From contig NC_000962.3 in NCBI RefSeq assembly GCF_000195955.2, positions 3,780,001 to 3,812,000 on the forward strand: a stretch of 32,000 nucleotides of DNA, given 5' to 3'. Position 1 is the first letter of the stretch. Every line of letters starts with the position of its first letter. Under the pieces are notes generated by a model. The model saw only the letters and a program-made list of their open reading frames with translations, searched no databases and had not been told where the DNA came from. Shown piece by piece: positions 8,368 through 18,489 of the stretch. Source of the stretch: Mycobacterium tuberculosis H37Rv (GTDB taxonomy: Bacteria > Actinomycetota > Actinomycetes > Mycobacteriales > Mycobacteriaceae). The position numbers and the translations under genes were made by a program.

Positions 8368-8616
8368 TTGGTGCAAAAGGTCGTCGCACCACAGGATTTG
8401 GCGGCCGCGACGGCCAAACTGGTCGGCCAGGTCTGTCGGCAATCCGCGGTGACCATGCGTGCGGCGAAGGTGGTCGCCAACATGCACGGCCGAGCGCTGA
8501 CCGGCGCCGACACCGATGCGCTGATCCGGTTCGGTGTCGAAGCCTACGAGGGGGCGGACCTACGCGAAGGGGTGGCGGCCTTCAGCCAGGGACGCCCACC
8601 CAAATTTGATGATTAG
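8368..8616 (+). CDS. echA18.1: C-terminal remainder of the same crotonase, in the same reading frame (Rv3374)
   Basis: It starts at the TTG immediately after the TGA. LVQKVVAPQDL..EGVAAFSQGRPPKF is the canonical crotonase C-terminus (GLV..VV, EG..AF.ekR.P.f). Confidence 0.85.
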   Translation: MVQKVVAPQDLAAATAKLVGQVCRQSAVTMRAAKVVANMHGRALTGADTDALIRFGVEAYEGADLREGVAAFSQGRPPKFDD

Positions 8617-8620
8617 CGCC

Positions 8621-10048
8621 ATGACCGATGCTGACAGTGCGGTCCCTCCCCGACTCGACGAGGACGCGATCTCGAAACTCGAGCTGACCGAGGTCGCCGA
8701 CCTGATCCGCACCCGGCAACTGACGTCGGCAGAAGTGACCGAGTCGACGCTGCGGCGTATCGAAAGGCTTGACCCCCAGCTGAAGAGCTACGCCTTCGTC
8801 ATGCCGGAAACTGCGCTAGCGGCGGCACGTGCCGCCGACGCCGACATCGCGCGCGGCCACTACGAGGGTGTCCTGCACGGCGTACCGATCGGCGTGAAGG
8901 ATCTCTGCTACACGGTCGACGCCCCGACCGCGGCCGGCACCACCATCTTTCGTGACTTTCGCCCGGCATACGACGCGACGGTTGTCGCGAGGTTGCGCGC
9001 GGCCGGCGCGGTGATCATCGGCAAGCTGGCCATGACGGAGGGGGCCTATCTCGGCTATCACCCCAGTCTGCCGACCCCGGTCAATCCCTGGGACCCGACA
9101 GCGTGGGCGGGCGTGTCCTCGAGCGGCTGCGGCGTGGCCACCGCGGCGGGATTGTGCTTCGGCTCGATCGGGTCGGACACCGGGGGGTCGATTCGCTTTC
9201 CGACGAGCATGTGCGGCGTCACCGGGATCAAACCGACGTGGGGCCGGGTCAGCCGTCACGGCGTCGTCGAACTTGCGGCAAGCTACGACCACGTCGGGCC
9301 GATCACCCGTAGCGCTCACGATGCGGCGGTATTGCTCAGTGTCATAGCGGGATCCGATATCCACGATCCCTCGTGCTCGGCGGAGCCCGTTCCGGACTAT
9401 GCCGCCGACCTCGCCTTGACACGGATTCCGCGTGTCGGGGTGGACTGGTCGCAGACGACGTCGTTTGACGAGGACACCACGGCGATGCTGGCCGATGTCG
9501 TCAAAACGCTCGACGACATCGGATGGCCCGTCATCGACGTCAAGCTGCCCGCGCTTGCGCCGATGGTGGCAGCGTTCGGAAAAATGCGCGCGGTCGAAAC
9601 GGCGATCGCGCATGCCGACACCTACCCGGCGCGCGCCGACGAGTACGGGCCGATCATGCGCGCAATGATCGACGCCGGACACAGGCTGGCTGCGGTGGAA
9701 TATCAGACGCTGACCGAGCGGCGTCTGGAATTCACGCGATCGCTGCGTCGCGTGTTCCACGACGTGGACATCCTGCTGATGCCCAGCGCCGGAATTGCCT
9801 CGCCCACACTGGAAACCATGCGCGGGCTCGGACAAGACCCGGAGCTGACCGCCAGACTGGCGATGCCGACAGCACCGTTCAACGTCAGCGGTAATCCCGC
9901 GATATGCCTACCGGCGGGAACGACGGCGCGCGGAACGCCGCTCGGCGTCCAGTTCATCGGCCGTGAATTCGACGAGCACTTGCTCGTCCGAGCCGGCCAC
10001 GCATTTCAGCAAGTCACCGGGTATCATCGCCGACGCCCGCCGGTGTGA
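8621..10048 (+). CDS. amiD: Amidase-signature family amidase AmiD (Rv3375)
   Basis: Amidase signature [31 protein letters not shown] and conserved [11 protein letters not shown] 8621 gives 475 aa. The track start at 8534 overlaps echA18.1. Confidence 0.92.
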   Translation: MTDADSAVPPRLDEDAISKLELTEVADLIRTRQLTSAEVTESTLRRIERLDPQLKSYAFVMPETALAAARAADADIARGHYEGVLHGVPIGVKDLCYTVDAPTAAGTTIFRDFRPAYDATVVARLRAAGAVIIGKLAMTEGAYLGYHPSLPTPVNPWDPTAWAGVSSSGCGVATAAGLCFGSIGSDTGGSIRFPTSMCGVTGIKPTWGRVSRHGVVELAASYDHVGPITRSAHDAAVLLSVIAGSDIHDPSCSAEPVPDYAADLALTRIPRVGVDWSQTTSFDEDTTAMLADVVKTLDDIGWPVIDVKLPALAPMVAAFGKMRAVETAIAHADTYPARADEYGPIMRAMIDAGHRLAAVEYQTLTERRLEFTRSLRRVFHDVDILLMPSAGIASPTLETMRGLGQDPELTARLAMPTAPFNVSGNPAICLPAGTTARGTPLGVQFIGREFDEHLLVRAGHAFQQVTGYHRRRPPV

Positions 10049-10155
10049 AAAACCCTCGGCCGCAAAAGGCTTGCGAATGTCGCACCGAAGGTCGCGGCGA
10101 ATCGCCTTACTGGTATGTTTACGAACACAATCTGTGGCCATCAAGGGAGGACGCG

Positions 10156-10809
10156 TTGAGCATTAGCGCGGTTGTTTTCGACCGTGACGGTGTGCTCACC
10201 AGCTTTGACTGGACACGTGCCGAGGAGGATGTGCGGCGAATCACGGGCCTACCATTGGAGGAGATCGAACGCCGCTGGGGTGGGTGGCTCAACGGATTGA
10301 CTATCGACGACGCGTTCGTTGAAACCCAGCCAATTAGCGAGTTCCTCTCGAGCCTGGCGCGCGAGCTCGAGCTCGGTTCGAAGGCAAGAGACGAGCTAGT
10401 GCGCCTCGACTACATGGCGTTCGCCCAGGGATATCCAGACGCGCGTCCAGCCCTTGAAGAAGCCCGGCGCCGTGGCCTCAAGGTCGGTGTTCTCACAAAC
10501 AACAGCCTGTTGGTCAGCGCCCGCAGCCTCCTTCAGTGCGCCGCTCTGCACGACCTCGTCGACGTCGTGCTGAGTTCGCAGATGATCGGAGCTGCCAAGC
10601 CTGACCCGCGGGCCTATCAAGCGATCGCGGAAGCCCTCGGCGTCTCGACAACGTCATGCCTGTTCTTCGACGACATCGCCGACTGGGTTGAGGGCGCACG
10701 GTGCGCGGGCATGCGCGCGTACCTCGTGGACCGTTCCGGACAAACTCGCGACGGCGTCGTTCGCGATTTGTCCAGCCTTGGAGCGATCCTGGACGGCGCG
10801 GGACCATGA
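10156..10809 (+). CDS. HAD-superfamily hydrolase/phosphatase (Rv3376)
   Basis: HAD motif [11 protein letters not shown], motif II VGVLTNN, motif [17 protein letters not shown] 10156 is preceded by AAGGGAGGA. Confidence 0.85.
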
Positions 10810-10847
10810 CCGAACGTGACGAGCCGGACATCGCCGACAGGGACGCC

Positions 10848-12353
10848 TCATTGGTTACTCTCATCGACCAGCCGCAGTGCACTTAGGATGGCAGCCTTAA
10901 CTACCGTCGCCGAGCAGTAAAGTGTCTTGGCAATCCACAACGGCGCGTATGGCGGTTCGCAGTGTTGCGATAGCCACCCACCCGCGCGACTGATCTGCGC
11001 CGACAAGGATGTGCCGCTGTGCCTCTGCCAATGCGCCAGAGCTTGAATGCAATATGCTGTCTCTTCCGCAGTCGCTTGGCCGTCGAAAAATCCCCACGAG
11101 CCATCGGGCCTCTGCGTATTAAGAATCCACCCAATCGCATCTGAGCATAGGGCATCATCATAGTTACTGGCAGCACATATCAGATGCGCAGTCGTATAAT
11201 ATGCCGATCGGTGCCACTTATCCCGCCAGCAGAACCGTCCAGGCTCCTTGCTTGATCGGATGAATTCCAGAACCTTTCGTACTCGTGGATGACATTTGTC
11301 GTAGCCCGCCTGCTTCAACGCACCGAGCACGTGGACGTTCGTCGATATCGAGGGGCCGACTTCGTGAAAGTAGGTACGGAACCAATCGGCGTCTTCGAAT
11401 TGTAATACGGCTCCGATATCCGGCGACCGTCCAAACTTCGACAAAACATCGTAGGCCACACTTGTGGTGTCACAATCTTCCAAGGTGGAATTTCCTGTCC
11501 ACCCCACACCTCGACCACGGACCCAATGTTGTTCGACATGGTCAAGATAGGGTAGGTACGTACGAACGATCTCAGGATCGGACAAATCAATATCCGTACG
11601 CGAGAGATTCCATAGAGACCAAACAATTTCAAAAATCTCGGCTTGATAGAAGGCCGGCGCACCGCCATCGCCGGCTTGAATTATCGATGAGATGTACGCC
11701 AAGGCCCGCTTGTCTCCTGGTTTAACATGTAACGCGAAGTAGGCTGACGCTGATGGCGAATACTTGACCGATCCATTTGTCTCCTGCAAGTTATCGACAT
11801 CCAACATACCGACACCGTCTTGGCCGGCCAGTTCTACGGAGAAAGCTGCGGTGATATGTTTATTGATTTTGCTTCCGCCGAGTTTTCTCAACTTCTGCTC
11901 ACGCACTCCGACAAGCTCGCCGAGGATGGATTCCTCGTGGCAAATGGCAAGGCCAAGTCGCGCCGCCTCAGCCATCAGCGTAGGTGCGATTAACTCAAAC
12001 CCGACGGTTGCGTCTTTTATATCAAGTTGAGGGCCTTCGAAAGCACCCGAGGTAAGGTTCTTCAGGGCTAGCAAGCCTTTTTCAACTTGCGCTGCGCGCC
12101 TCCGACGATGCTTATTCGACGTGAGGCTGATCATGGCCGCCAAAGTGGAGAGCAGTCGATCTTCGTAGCAGAAAGGGAACTCGGCTCCCCATGAGCCGTC
12201 AGGAAGCTGGCGCTCGCAAAGCCAGTTGAGGGCGAGGTCGCTTAGCTCATCATCGAGCTGGCCCAGCTTCGCGACCCACGCGGTGTCATAGGCTGTGCTC
12301 GAGATGCCGTTGCCTAGTGCCGCTTTCGCTAGCAGAGTCCTGAAAGTCTCCAT
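10848..12353 (-). CDS. Class II diterpene cyclase, halimadienyl (tuberculosinyl) diphosphate synthase (Rv3377c)
   Basis: 501 aa from ATG 12353. Terpene-cyclase QW-type repeats (PDGSWG appears twice) and the DxDTT variant of DxDD (LEDCDTTSVAYD). G+C is markedly low. Confidence 0.92.
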   Translation of the reverse strand: METFRTLLAKAALGNGISSTAYDTAWVAKLGQLDDELSDLALNWLCERQLPDGSWGAEFPFCYEDRLLSTLAAMISLTSNKHRRRRAAQVEKGLLALKNLTSGAFEGPQLDIKDATVGFELIAPTLMAEAARLGLAICHEESILGELVGVREQKLRKLGGSKINKHITAAFSVELAGQDGVGMLDVDNLQETNGSVKYSPSASAYFALHVKPGDKRALAYISSIIQAGDGGAPAFYQAEIFEIVWSLWNLSRTDIDLSDPEIVRTYLPYLDHVEQHWVRGRGVGWTGNSTLEDCDTTSVAYDVLSKFGRSPDIGAVLQFEDADWFRTYFHEVGPSISTNVHVLGALKQAGYDKCHPRVRKVLEFIRSSKEPGRFCWRDKWHRSAYYTTAHLICAASNYDDALCSDAIGWILNTQRPDGSWGFFDGQATAEETAYCIQALAHWQRHSGTSLSAQISRAGGWLSQHCEPPYAPLWIAKTLYCSATVVKAAILSALRLVDESNQ

Positions 12354-12357
12354 ACCA

Positions 12358-13248
12358 TCAGCCCTCCGCGAACCAGATTCCATCATGAACACAACCCACA
12401 CCGAAAACTCTGTCAGGCTGGGCTCGATATCTGTTGCGCAGTACATTGAGCTGATCGGCCGACATCGCTGAATAGTCAGGTTTGGGCCGGAAATGACGGA
12501 GATAGATATGATCGTACAAGATCCTCCGGAGCGTTGTTTCGGTCATATAGTATGAGGGAGCAACGGTGAAGTATAGACTCGTTTTTCCTGAGCTGAGCAG
12601 CGGAAAATCGAAAGTGCTGAAACGCCCAAATCCGATGAACATGTCAGCCTTGTCAACATACTCGCCGTAATAACCTTCGATAATCTCTCTCCGCGTGGGA
12701 GGTTTACCATGCGTTTCGTTCCACGAGATAGAAAACTGCGCAACAGACTCAGCCGCATCGTTGCCAAAAACACCGAAGCATAGTCTGTGTTCAGTGTTGG
12801 ATGACGTAGAGATTGTTAGGTCATCGAATGACTTGACAACGGCTGCCCCTTGCGCGGTCGAAGGCAATCTTTTCTTATAATCACCATAAAAAAGAACGTG
12901 GACCTCGTGTTCTTTATAGAACGACAGAATTTCCTCGTCGTTGGCAAGCAAGGCCATCCCTTCGAGCGCCTGTACGATATATCGATCACCACGATCCAGA
13001 AGATCGTCGCTAAAGATTGGCGAGATTACTGTTTCGATGCCGTGCTCGAAGAGCATCTTCAGAATACGAATTGATTGACGCAAGGCGGCCTGCTGATAAT
13101 CGTCGTACTGCGGATTACATTCGAGGTGAAACCAGCGGCGTGTGCCATCGAAGGGAAAGACGGATACCTTCGGTCCACGGCAACGTACAATCTCTGCTAC
13201 GGATACTAGAGGAAGATCCAAGAATTCTTTTTCGCTAACCAAGTTCAT
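12358..13248 (-). CDS. Tuberculosinyl transferase: tuberculosinol / 1-tuberculosinyladenosine synthase (Rv3378c)
   Basis: 296-aa ORF with SD GAGGAAG 8 nt upstream, recognised by sequence ([21 protein letters not shown]...). Low G+C. It lies 4 nt upstream of the Rv3377c start. Confidence 0.9.
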
Positions 13249-13256
13249 GCTTCCTC

Positions 13257-15057
13257 TTAATAACTATCGCCGGAATCAGGATGGTCTTCGGGTCCAGGGA
13301 CTTCATGTAGTGCGTTAAGTAGTGATTTGCATCTTATGCGGATTGCGGGGCCGGTGAGTCCGTGGCTGGAAAGGATGTGGTCGCGGCTGGCGTGGGGAAT
13401 GTAGGCCGGTGGCAGTCCCAGTGTGTAGGTGCGCGTCCGCGGGTGTGTCCGCCCGATGTGGTGGCTAAGGTGCGCGCCGATTCCCACGTCGGCAATCGCA
13501 TCTTCGACACACACGGTGATCCGATGGCGGCCAGCCAGCTCGGTCAGTGCCGGGCTGATTGGCCAGACCCATTGTGGATCAACGACTGTCACCCCGATCT
13601 GCTCCTCGCTGAGGCACCGGGCGGCGTCCATGCATGGTCGACTCATGGCACCCACTGCGACCAAGAGCACGTCGGGTCGCCAATGCGGTGGTGGTGTATG
13701 CAAGACGTCGAGGCCACCGATGGTGTGTTCGGCCGTGATCGGTTCGCCCGGCGCCCCTTTGGGGAAACGCACGGCGGTGGGAGCCGCGGTCGCGATCGCG
13801 GTACGCAACTGTTGTCGTAGCCGAGGCGCGTCGCGCGGACAGGCGATCTGAAACCCGGGCACGCAGGCCAGCAGCGCCAGATCCCACAAACCGTGATGGC
13901 TGGGTCCGTCGGGCCCGGTTACCCCAGCCCGGTCCAGCACCAGCGTCACGGGTAACCGGTGCAGCCCGATGTCGAACAGAAGTTGGTCAAAGGCGCGGTG
14001 CAGAAACGTCGAGTACACCGCGACAACGGGATGGGTTCCCGCGGCAGCTAGCCCGGCCGCGCTGGCCAACAGGTGTTGTTCGGCGATGCCCGAATCGAAC
14101 ACCCGATGCGGGTATCGCCTCGACAGCGCGCCTAGACCAGTGGGCAGACGCATCGCCGCGGTCAGCCCGACGACGTCGGATCGGTCGTCAGCAATGCGCG
14201 CGATTTCGTCCTCGAACACGTCGGTCCAGCTCCGCTGACTGGGTGTGCTAGCGAGGCCGGTGGCAATGTCGACCACCCCGCAGGCGTGCATATGGTCCCT
14301 CTCGTCAGCTTCGGCTGGAGGATAACCCCGGCCCTTACTAGTCACTGCGTGAACAACAACGGGCCTAGCTGCCGCGGCCGCTTTTCGTAGAACCGCGCAC
14401 GTGTCGGGGATGTTGTGCCCATCGACCGGACCGATGTAGGTAAATCCCATGTTCTCAAAGAGGTTCGGCCCTCGGGGTGTGCCGACGCGAAGTTCTTCTA
14501 GGTGTGCCGCAAGAGCCCCAGCGGTGGGGTCGTAGGAGCGGCCATTGTCATTGAGCACGACGATCACGGGCCGGGTAGCGGCACCGAGGTTGTTCAGGCC
14601 CTCCCATGCCACGCCCCCGGTGAGGGCGCCATCACCGATCACCGCGATGACACGTCGGTCGCATTGCCCCTGCAGGGCCAATGCTTTGGCGATGCCGTCC
14701 ACCCAGGCGAGGCTGACCGAGGCATGGGAGTTCTCGACCCAGTCATGTGGCGATTCATGGCGGTTGGGATACCCCGATAGACCATCGGCCTGGCGCAGCG
14801 TGGCGAAGTCTTTACCGCGGCCGGTGAGCAGCTTGTGCGGATAGGTTTGGTGCCCGGTGTCGAACACCGATGTCGTGTGGCGAGGTGAACACCCGATGCA
14901 ATGCGATGGTCAGCTCTACCATGCCAAGTCCCGCGCCGAGATGGCCACCGGTAGCCGTCACTGTTTCTATGAGCCGCCGACGCATCTGCACGGCCAGCTC
15001 TGGCAGCTGGCTTTCGGGCAATGCCTGCACATCGCAAGGTCCGCCGATCGCGGTAAT
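13257..15057 (-). pseudogene. dxs2: 1-deoxy-D-xylulose-5-phosphate synthase paralogue dxs2, disrupted (annotated Rv3379c = 13257..14867)
   Basis: The body 13257-14867 has DXS blocks ([19 protein letters not shown] motif GDGALTGGVAWEGLNN). The DXS N-terminus ([45 protein letters not shown]) is in a different frame at 14868-15057. IS6110 abuts at 15058. Confidence 0.9.
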
Positions 15058-15085
15058 TGAACCGCCCCGGTGAGTCCGGAGACTC
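15058..15085. repeat. IS6110 terminal inverted repeat (orfB-proximal end)
   Basis: 28 bp, the imperfect inverse of 16385-16412; the differences are central (GTGA vs CATG). Confidence 0.95.
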
Positions 15086-15099
15086 TCTGATCTGAGACC

Positions 15100-16086
15100 T
15101 CAGCCGGCGGCTGGTCTCTGGCGTTGAGCGTAGTAGGCAGCCTCGAGTTCGACCGGCGGGACGTCGCCGCAGTACTGGTAGAGGCGGCGATGGTTGAACC
15201 AGTCGACCCAGCGCGCGGTGGCCAACTCGACATCCTCGATGGACCGCCAGGGCTTGCCGGGTTTGATCAGCTCGGTCTTGTATAGGCCGTTGATCGTCTC
15301 GGCTAGTGCATTGTCATAGGAGCTTCCGACCGCTCCGACCGACGGTTGGATGCCTGCCTCGGCGAGCCGCTCGCTGAACCGGATCGATGTGTACTGAGAT
15401 CCCCTATCCGTATGGTGGATAACGTCTTTCAGGTCGAGTACGCCTTCTTGTTGGCGGGTCCAGATGGCTTGCTCGATCGCGTCGAGGACCATGGAGGTGG
15501 CCATCGTGGAAGCGACCCGCCAGCCCAGGATCCTGCGAGCGTAGGCGTCGGTGACAAAGGCCACGTAGGCGAACCCTGCCCAGGTCGACACATAGGTGAG
15601 GTCTGCTACCCACAGCCGGTTAGGTGCTGGTGGTCCGAAGCGGCGCTGGACGAGATCGGCGGGACGGGCTGTGGCCGGATCAGCGATCGTGGTCCTGCGG
15701 GCTTTGCCGCGGGTGGTCCCGGACAGGCCGAGTTTGGTCATCAGCCGTTCGACGGTGCATCTGGCCACCTCGATGCCCTCACGGTTCAGGGTTAGCCACA
15801 CTTTGCGGGCACCGTAAACACCGTAGTTGGCGGCGTGGACGCGGCTGATGTGCTCCTTGAGTTCGCCATCGCGCAGCTCGCGGCGGCTGGGCTCCCGGTT
15901 GATGTGGTCGTAGTAGGTCGATGGGGCGATCGGCACACCCAGCTCGGTCAGCTGTGTGCAGATCGACTCGACACCCCACCGCAAACCATCGGGGCCCTCG
16001 CGGTGGCCCTGATGATCGGCGATGAACCGGGTAATTAGCGTGCTGGCCGGTCGAGCTCGGCCGCGAAGAAAGCCGACGCGGTCTTT
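15100..16086 (-). CDS. IS6110 transposase OrfB (DDE integrase core; Rv3380c), expressed as an OrfAB fusion by -1 frameshift
   Basis: DDE/rve core (WVADLTYV..HHTDRGSQYTS..YDNALAETINGLYKTE). The frame stays open upstream of the first ATG as far as the slippery site. The 5' limit shown follows my recollection of the usual 328-aa annotation. Confidence 0.9.
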   Translation of the reverse strand, partial: KDRVGFLRGRARPASTLITRFIADHQGHREGPDGLRWGVESICTQLTELGVPIAPSTYYDHINREPSRRELRDGELKEHISRVHAANYGVYGARKVWLTLNREGIEVARCTVERLMTKLGLSGTTRGKARRTTIADPATARPADLVQRRFGPPAPNRLWVADLTYVSTWAGFAYVAFVTDAYARRILGWRVASTMATSMVLDAIEQAIWTRQQEGVLDLKDVIHHTDRGSQYTSIRFSERLAEAGIQPSVGAVGSSYDNALAETINGLYKTELIKPGKPWRSIEDVELATARWVDWFNHRRLYQYCGDVPPVELEAAYYAQRQRPAAG

Positions 16087-16361
16087 AAAATCGCGTTCGC
16101 CCTTCGCAATTCGGCGTTGTCCCGCCGCAAGCGCTTCAGCTCAGCGGATTCTTCGGTCGTGGTCCCGGGCCGTGCGCCGGCATCGACCTGCGCCTGGCGC
16201 ACCCACTTACGCACCGTCTCCGCGCAGCCAACACCAAGTAGACGGGCGACCTCACTGATCGCTGCCCACTCCGAATCGTGCTGACCGCGGATCTCTGCGA
16301 CCATCCGCACCGCCCGCTCACGCAGCTCCGGCGGGTACCTCCTCGATGAACCACCTGACAT
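16035..16361 (-). CDS. IS6110 transposase OrfA (Rv3381c)
   Basis: 108-aa ORF with a helix-turn-helix IS3 OrfA pattern (RRYPPELRERAVRMV..VARLLGVGCAETVRKWVRQ) and a leucine-zipper-like C-terminus. Confidence 0.95.
   Translation of the reverse strand: MSGGSSRRYPPELRERAVRMVAEIRGQHDSEWAAISEVARLLGVGCAETVRKWVRQAQVDAGARPGTTTEESAELKRLRRDNAELRRANAILKTASAFFAAELDRPAR
16083..16090 (-). other. IS6110 programmed -1 ribosomal frameshift site
   Basis: The minus strand reads TTTTAAAG in the orfA/orfB overlap, which is the slippery sequence described for IS6110/IS3-family elements. Confidence 0.8.
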
Positions 16362-16384
16362 GACCCCATCCTTTCCAAGAACTG

Positions 16385-16412
16385 GAGTCTCCGGACATGC
16401 CGGGGCGGTTCA
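16385..16412. repeat. IS6110 terminal inverted repeat (orfA-proximal end)
   Basis: 28 bp, the inverse complement partner of 15058-15085. Confidence 0.95.
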
Positions 16413-16451
16413 AATCAAGTCCCCGCGTCCGTTGCGAATCGTGGTTGTCAT
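16413..16451 (-). pseudogene. dxs2: Stranded first 13 codons of dxs2 ([13 protein letters not shown]), separated from the gene body by IS6110
   Basis: ATG 16451-16449 overlaps the lytB1 stop (ATGA). After conceptual removal of IS6110 and one AAT copy, the frame continues exactly into ..[21 protein letters not shown].. at 15054 downwards. Confidence 0.75.
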
Positions 16452-17437
16452 TGCGCGCGAACCTGTTTGGGAAGGCCGAATCGCACCGTCTCGGTCGCTA
16501 TCGAGCGTTCCACCACGGTGATCGAGGCGTATCCGCGAAGTGCATCAATCACCTGCCCCACCAGTCGTGGCGGCGCGGAGGCTCCCGCGGTGACACCGAT
16601 CGTCGAGACCGACGACAGCCATTCGGGCTCAATGTCATCAGGCCCGTCAATCAAGTAGGCCGGCGTCCCACTTCGCTGCGCCAACTCGACCAGACGCCGC
16701 GAATTCGACGAATTGCACGAGCCAATCACCAACACAACGTCACATTCACCGACCATCGATTGCAGCGCACGCTGTCTGTTCGTGGTGGCATAGCAGATGT
16801 CTTCAGAGGGGGGTTGGCCCAACGTCGGAAACCTCGCGCGCAGCGCATCAATGACATCGGCAGTTTCATCAAGTGCCAGGGTTGTCTGGGTCAGATACGA
16901 TAGCTGGGTACCCTCGGGCAGGTTCAACGCTGCCACATCAGCGGGTGTCTGCACCAATAATGTTGACCGCGGAGCGACGCCAAGCGTGCCTTCGGTCTCC
17001 TCATGTCCGGCGTGCCCGATGAAGACCACCGTGTCACCGCGCGCGGCAAACCGTGCGGCTTCAGCGTGGACTTTCGCCACCAGTGGGCAGGTCGCGTCGA
17101 CGACCTGCAGTCCCCGCTCATCAGCGCCCGCGCGCACCGCCGGGGAAACCCCATGCGCGGAGAACACCACGACCGCCCCCGGCGGCGGCGGATCGGGAAT
17201 CTCGTCGAGATCCTCGACGAACACTGCTCCCCGGTCCCGCAACTCGGCAACCACAACAGTGTTGTGCACGATTTGCTTGCGCACATACACCGGGCCTTCG
17301 GCCACGTCAAGCACTCGCTTGACCGTCTCGATAGCACGCTCTACACCGGCGCAAAACGACCGCGGCGACGCCAACAGCACCGTGACTTCACCCGAAGCGT
17401 ATCCCTGTGCGACCGGTCCCACGAACACCTCAGCCAT
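16448..17437 (-). CDS. lytB1: 4-hydroxy-3-methylbut-2-enyl diphosphate reductase paralogue IspH/LytB1 (Rv3382c)
   Basis: 329 aa from ATG 17437. Three conserved 4Fe-4S Cys contexts ([33 protein letters not shown]). Confidence 0.93.
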
Positions 17438-18489
17438 CAGCACTCCCGGCGACATATCAGTTGCGACAACGCGATCAGGTCTGGGGATCGCACCGCATCG
17501 GGCAGTGCCGCAATAGCAGCCTGGATGCGTTCATCGGCGCATCGCTGCGCCACATGACCACCCCCGGCCACCTTGACAAGCGCGGTAGCCCGCTCGACAT
17601 CGCTTGCTGTCATTGCGGCAGGTGCTTGATAGAGGGCCGCCAATTCGGTCGCCGCTTCGGATCGCGAGTTCAGGGCGGCAACAACTGGCAGTGTCGCCTT
17701 ACGTCGGGCAAGGTCGTTGCCGACCGGCTTTCCCGTCACACCAGGGTCACCCCAGATGCCGATCAGATCGTCGACGCATTGAAACGCAAGACCCAACTCA
17801 TGGCCAAAACGCTCCAACGCAGCAATCGTCGCGTCGTCTGCATTGGCCACTAAAGCTCCCAGAGCGCAACAACAACCGGTCAGGGCGGCCGTCTTGCCCG
17901 CGGCCATCCGCAGATAGTCATCGACTGTAACTTCGGGCTGTCCCTCCAATAAACAATCCTCAAACTGGCCGATACACAAGTCCAGGCACGACATCTGCAA
18001 TCGCCTTATCGCCCTGACCGCCACACACTCGTCGGTCAGGCCGGTCAGTATCCGAACGGCCGTGGCGTGCAACGCATCTCCCAACAGGATCGCGACGCCC
18101 ACACCCCACACACTCCATACCGTCGGCCGTCCCCTGCGAGTCGCATCCCCATCCATCACATCGTCATGCAACAACGTGAAGTTGTGCACCAACTCCACAG
18201 CCGCCGACACCGGAGTAGCATCACCGACATCACCACCGCAAGCCGCGGCCGCCGCGTAGACAAGGGCGGCGCGAAAATACTTGCCCGACGATCCTGCCGC
18301 TGTGGATCGATCGGCGTTCCACCAGCCAAGGTGATATCCCGCCATCGTCGCCAACGGCTCGCGCATCGACTCAATGGCCCGATGCAGCACAGGGCCACAA
18401 TCCGCTCGAGCCCGTTCTAACAATGCTTTCCCAAGGTCAGCAGGGACACTCCCCAGAAAAGCCGCATCCAGAGTCAATACGCCTCCCAT
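17437..18489 (-). CDS. idsB: Polyprenyl (geranylgeranyl) diphosphate synthase IdsB (Rv3383c)
   Basis: 350 aa from ATG 18489 (SD GGTGAGG). First Asp-rich motif [10 protein letters not shown] and second motif [13 protein letters not shown]. Confidence 0.92.

Larger units (their letters stand above)
15058..16412 (-). mobile_element. IS6110 (IS3 family), complete 1355-bp copy with the transposase on the minus strand
   Basis: Terminal 28-bp inverted repeats TGAACCGCCCCGGTGAGTCCGGAGACTC (15058-15085) and GAGTCTCCGGACATGCCGGGGCGGTTCA (16385-16412). The 3-bp direct repeat AAT flanks both ends (15055-15057 and 16413-16415). orfA and orfB lie inside. Confidence 0.98.

Noticed and set aside
7609-8513. 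Two ~295-aa minus-strand ORFs antisense to echA18.
   Set aside because: The plus strand carries unmistakable crotonase motifs. The antisense translations are low-complexity Arg/Ala/Ser strings.
8816-9835. 339-aa minus-strand ORF inside amiD.
   Set aside because: It is antisense to a gene with a complete amidase signature, and its Arg/Gly/Asp-rich composition is typical of GC shadow frames.
12354-12446. The 31-codon upstream extension of Rv3377c (track start 12446), overlapping the Rv3378c 3' end.
   Set aside because: The conserved cyclase sequence starts at METFRTLLAKAALG (ATG 12353). The extension would overlap Rv3378c by 89 nt and has no support.
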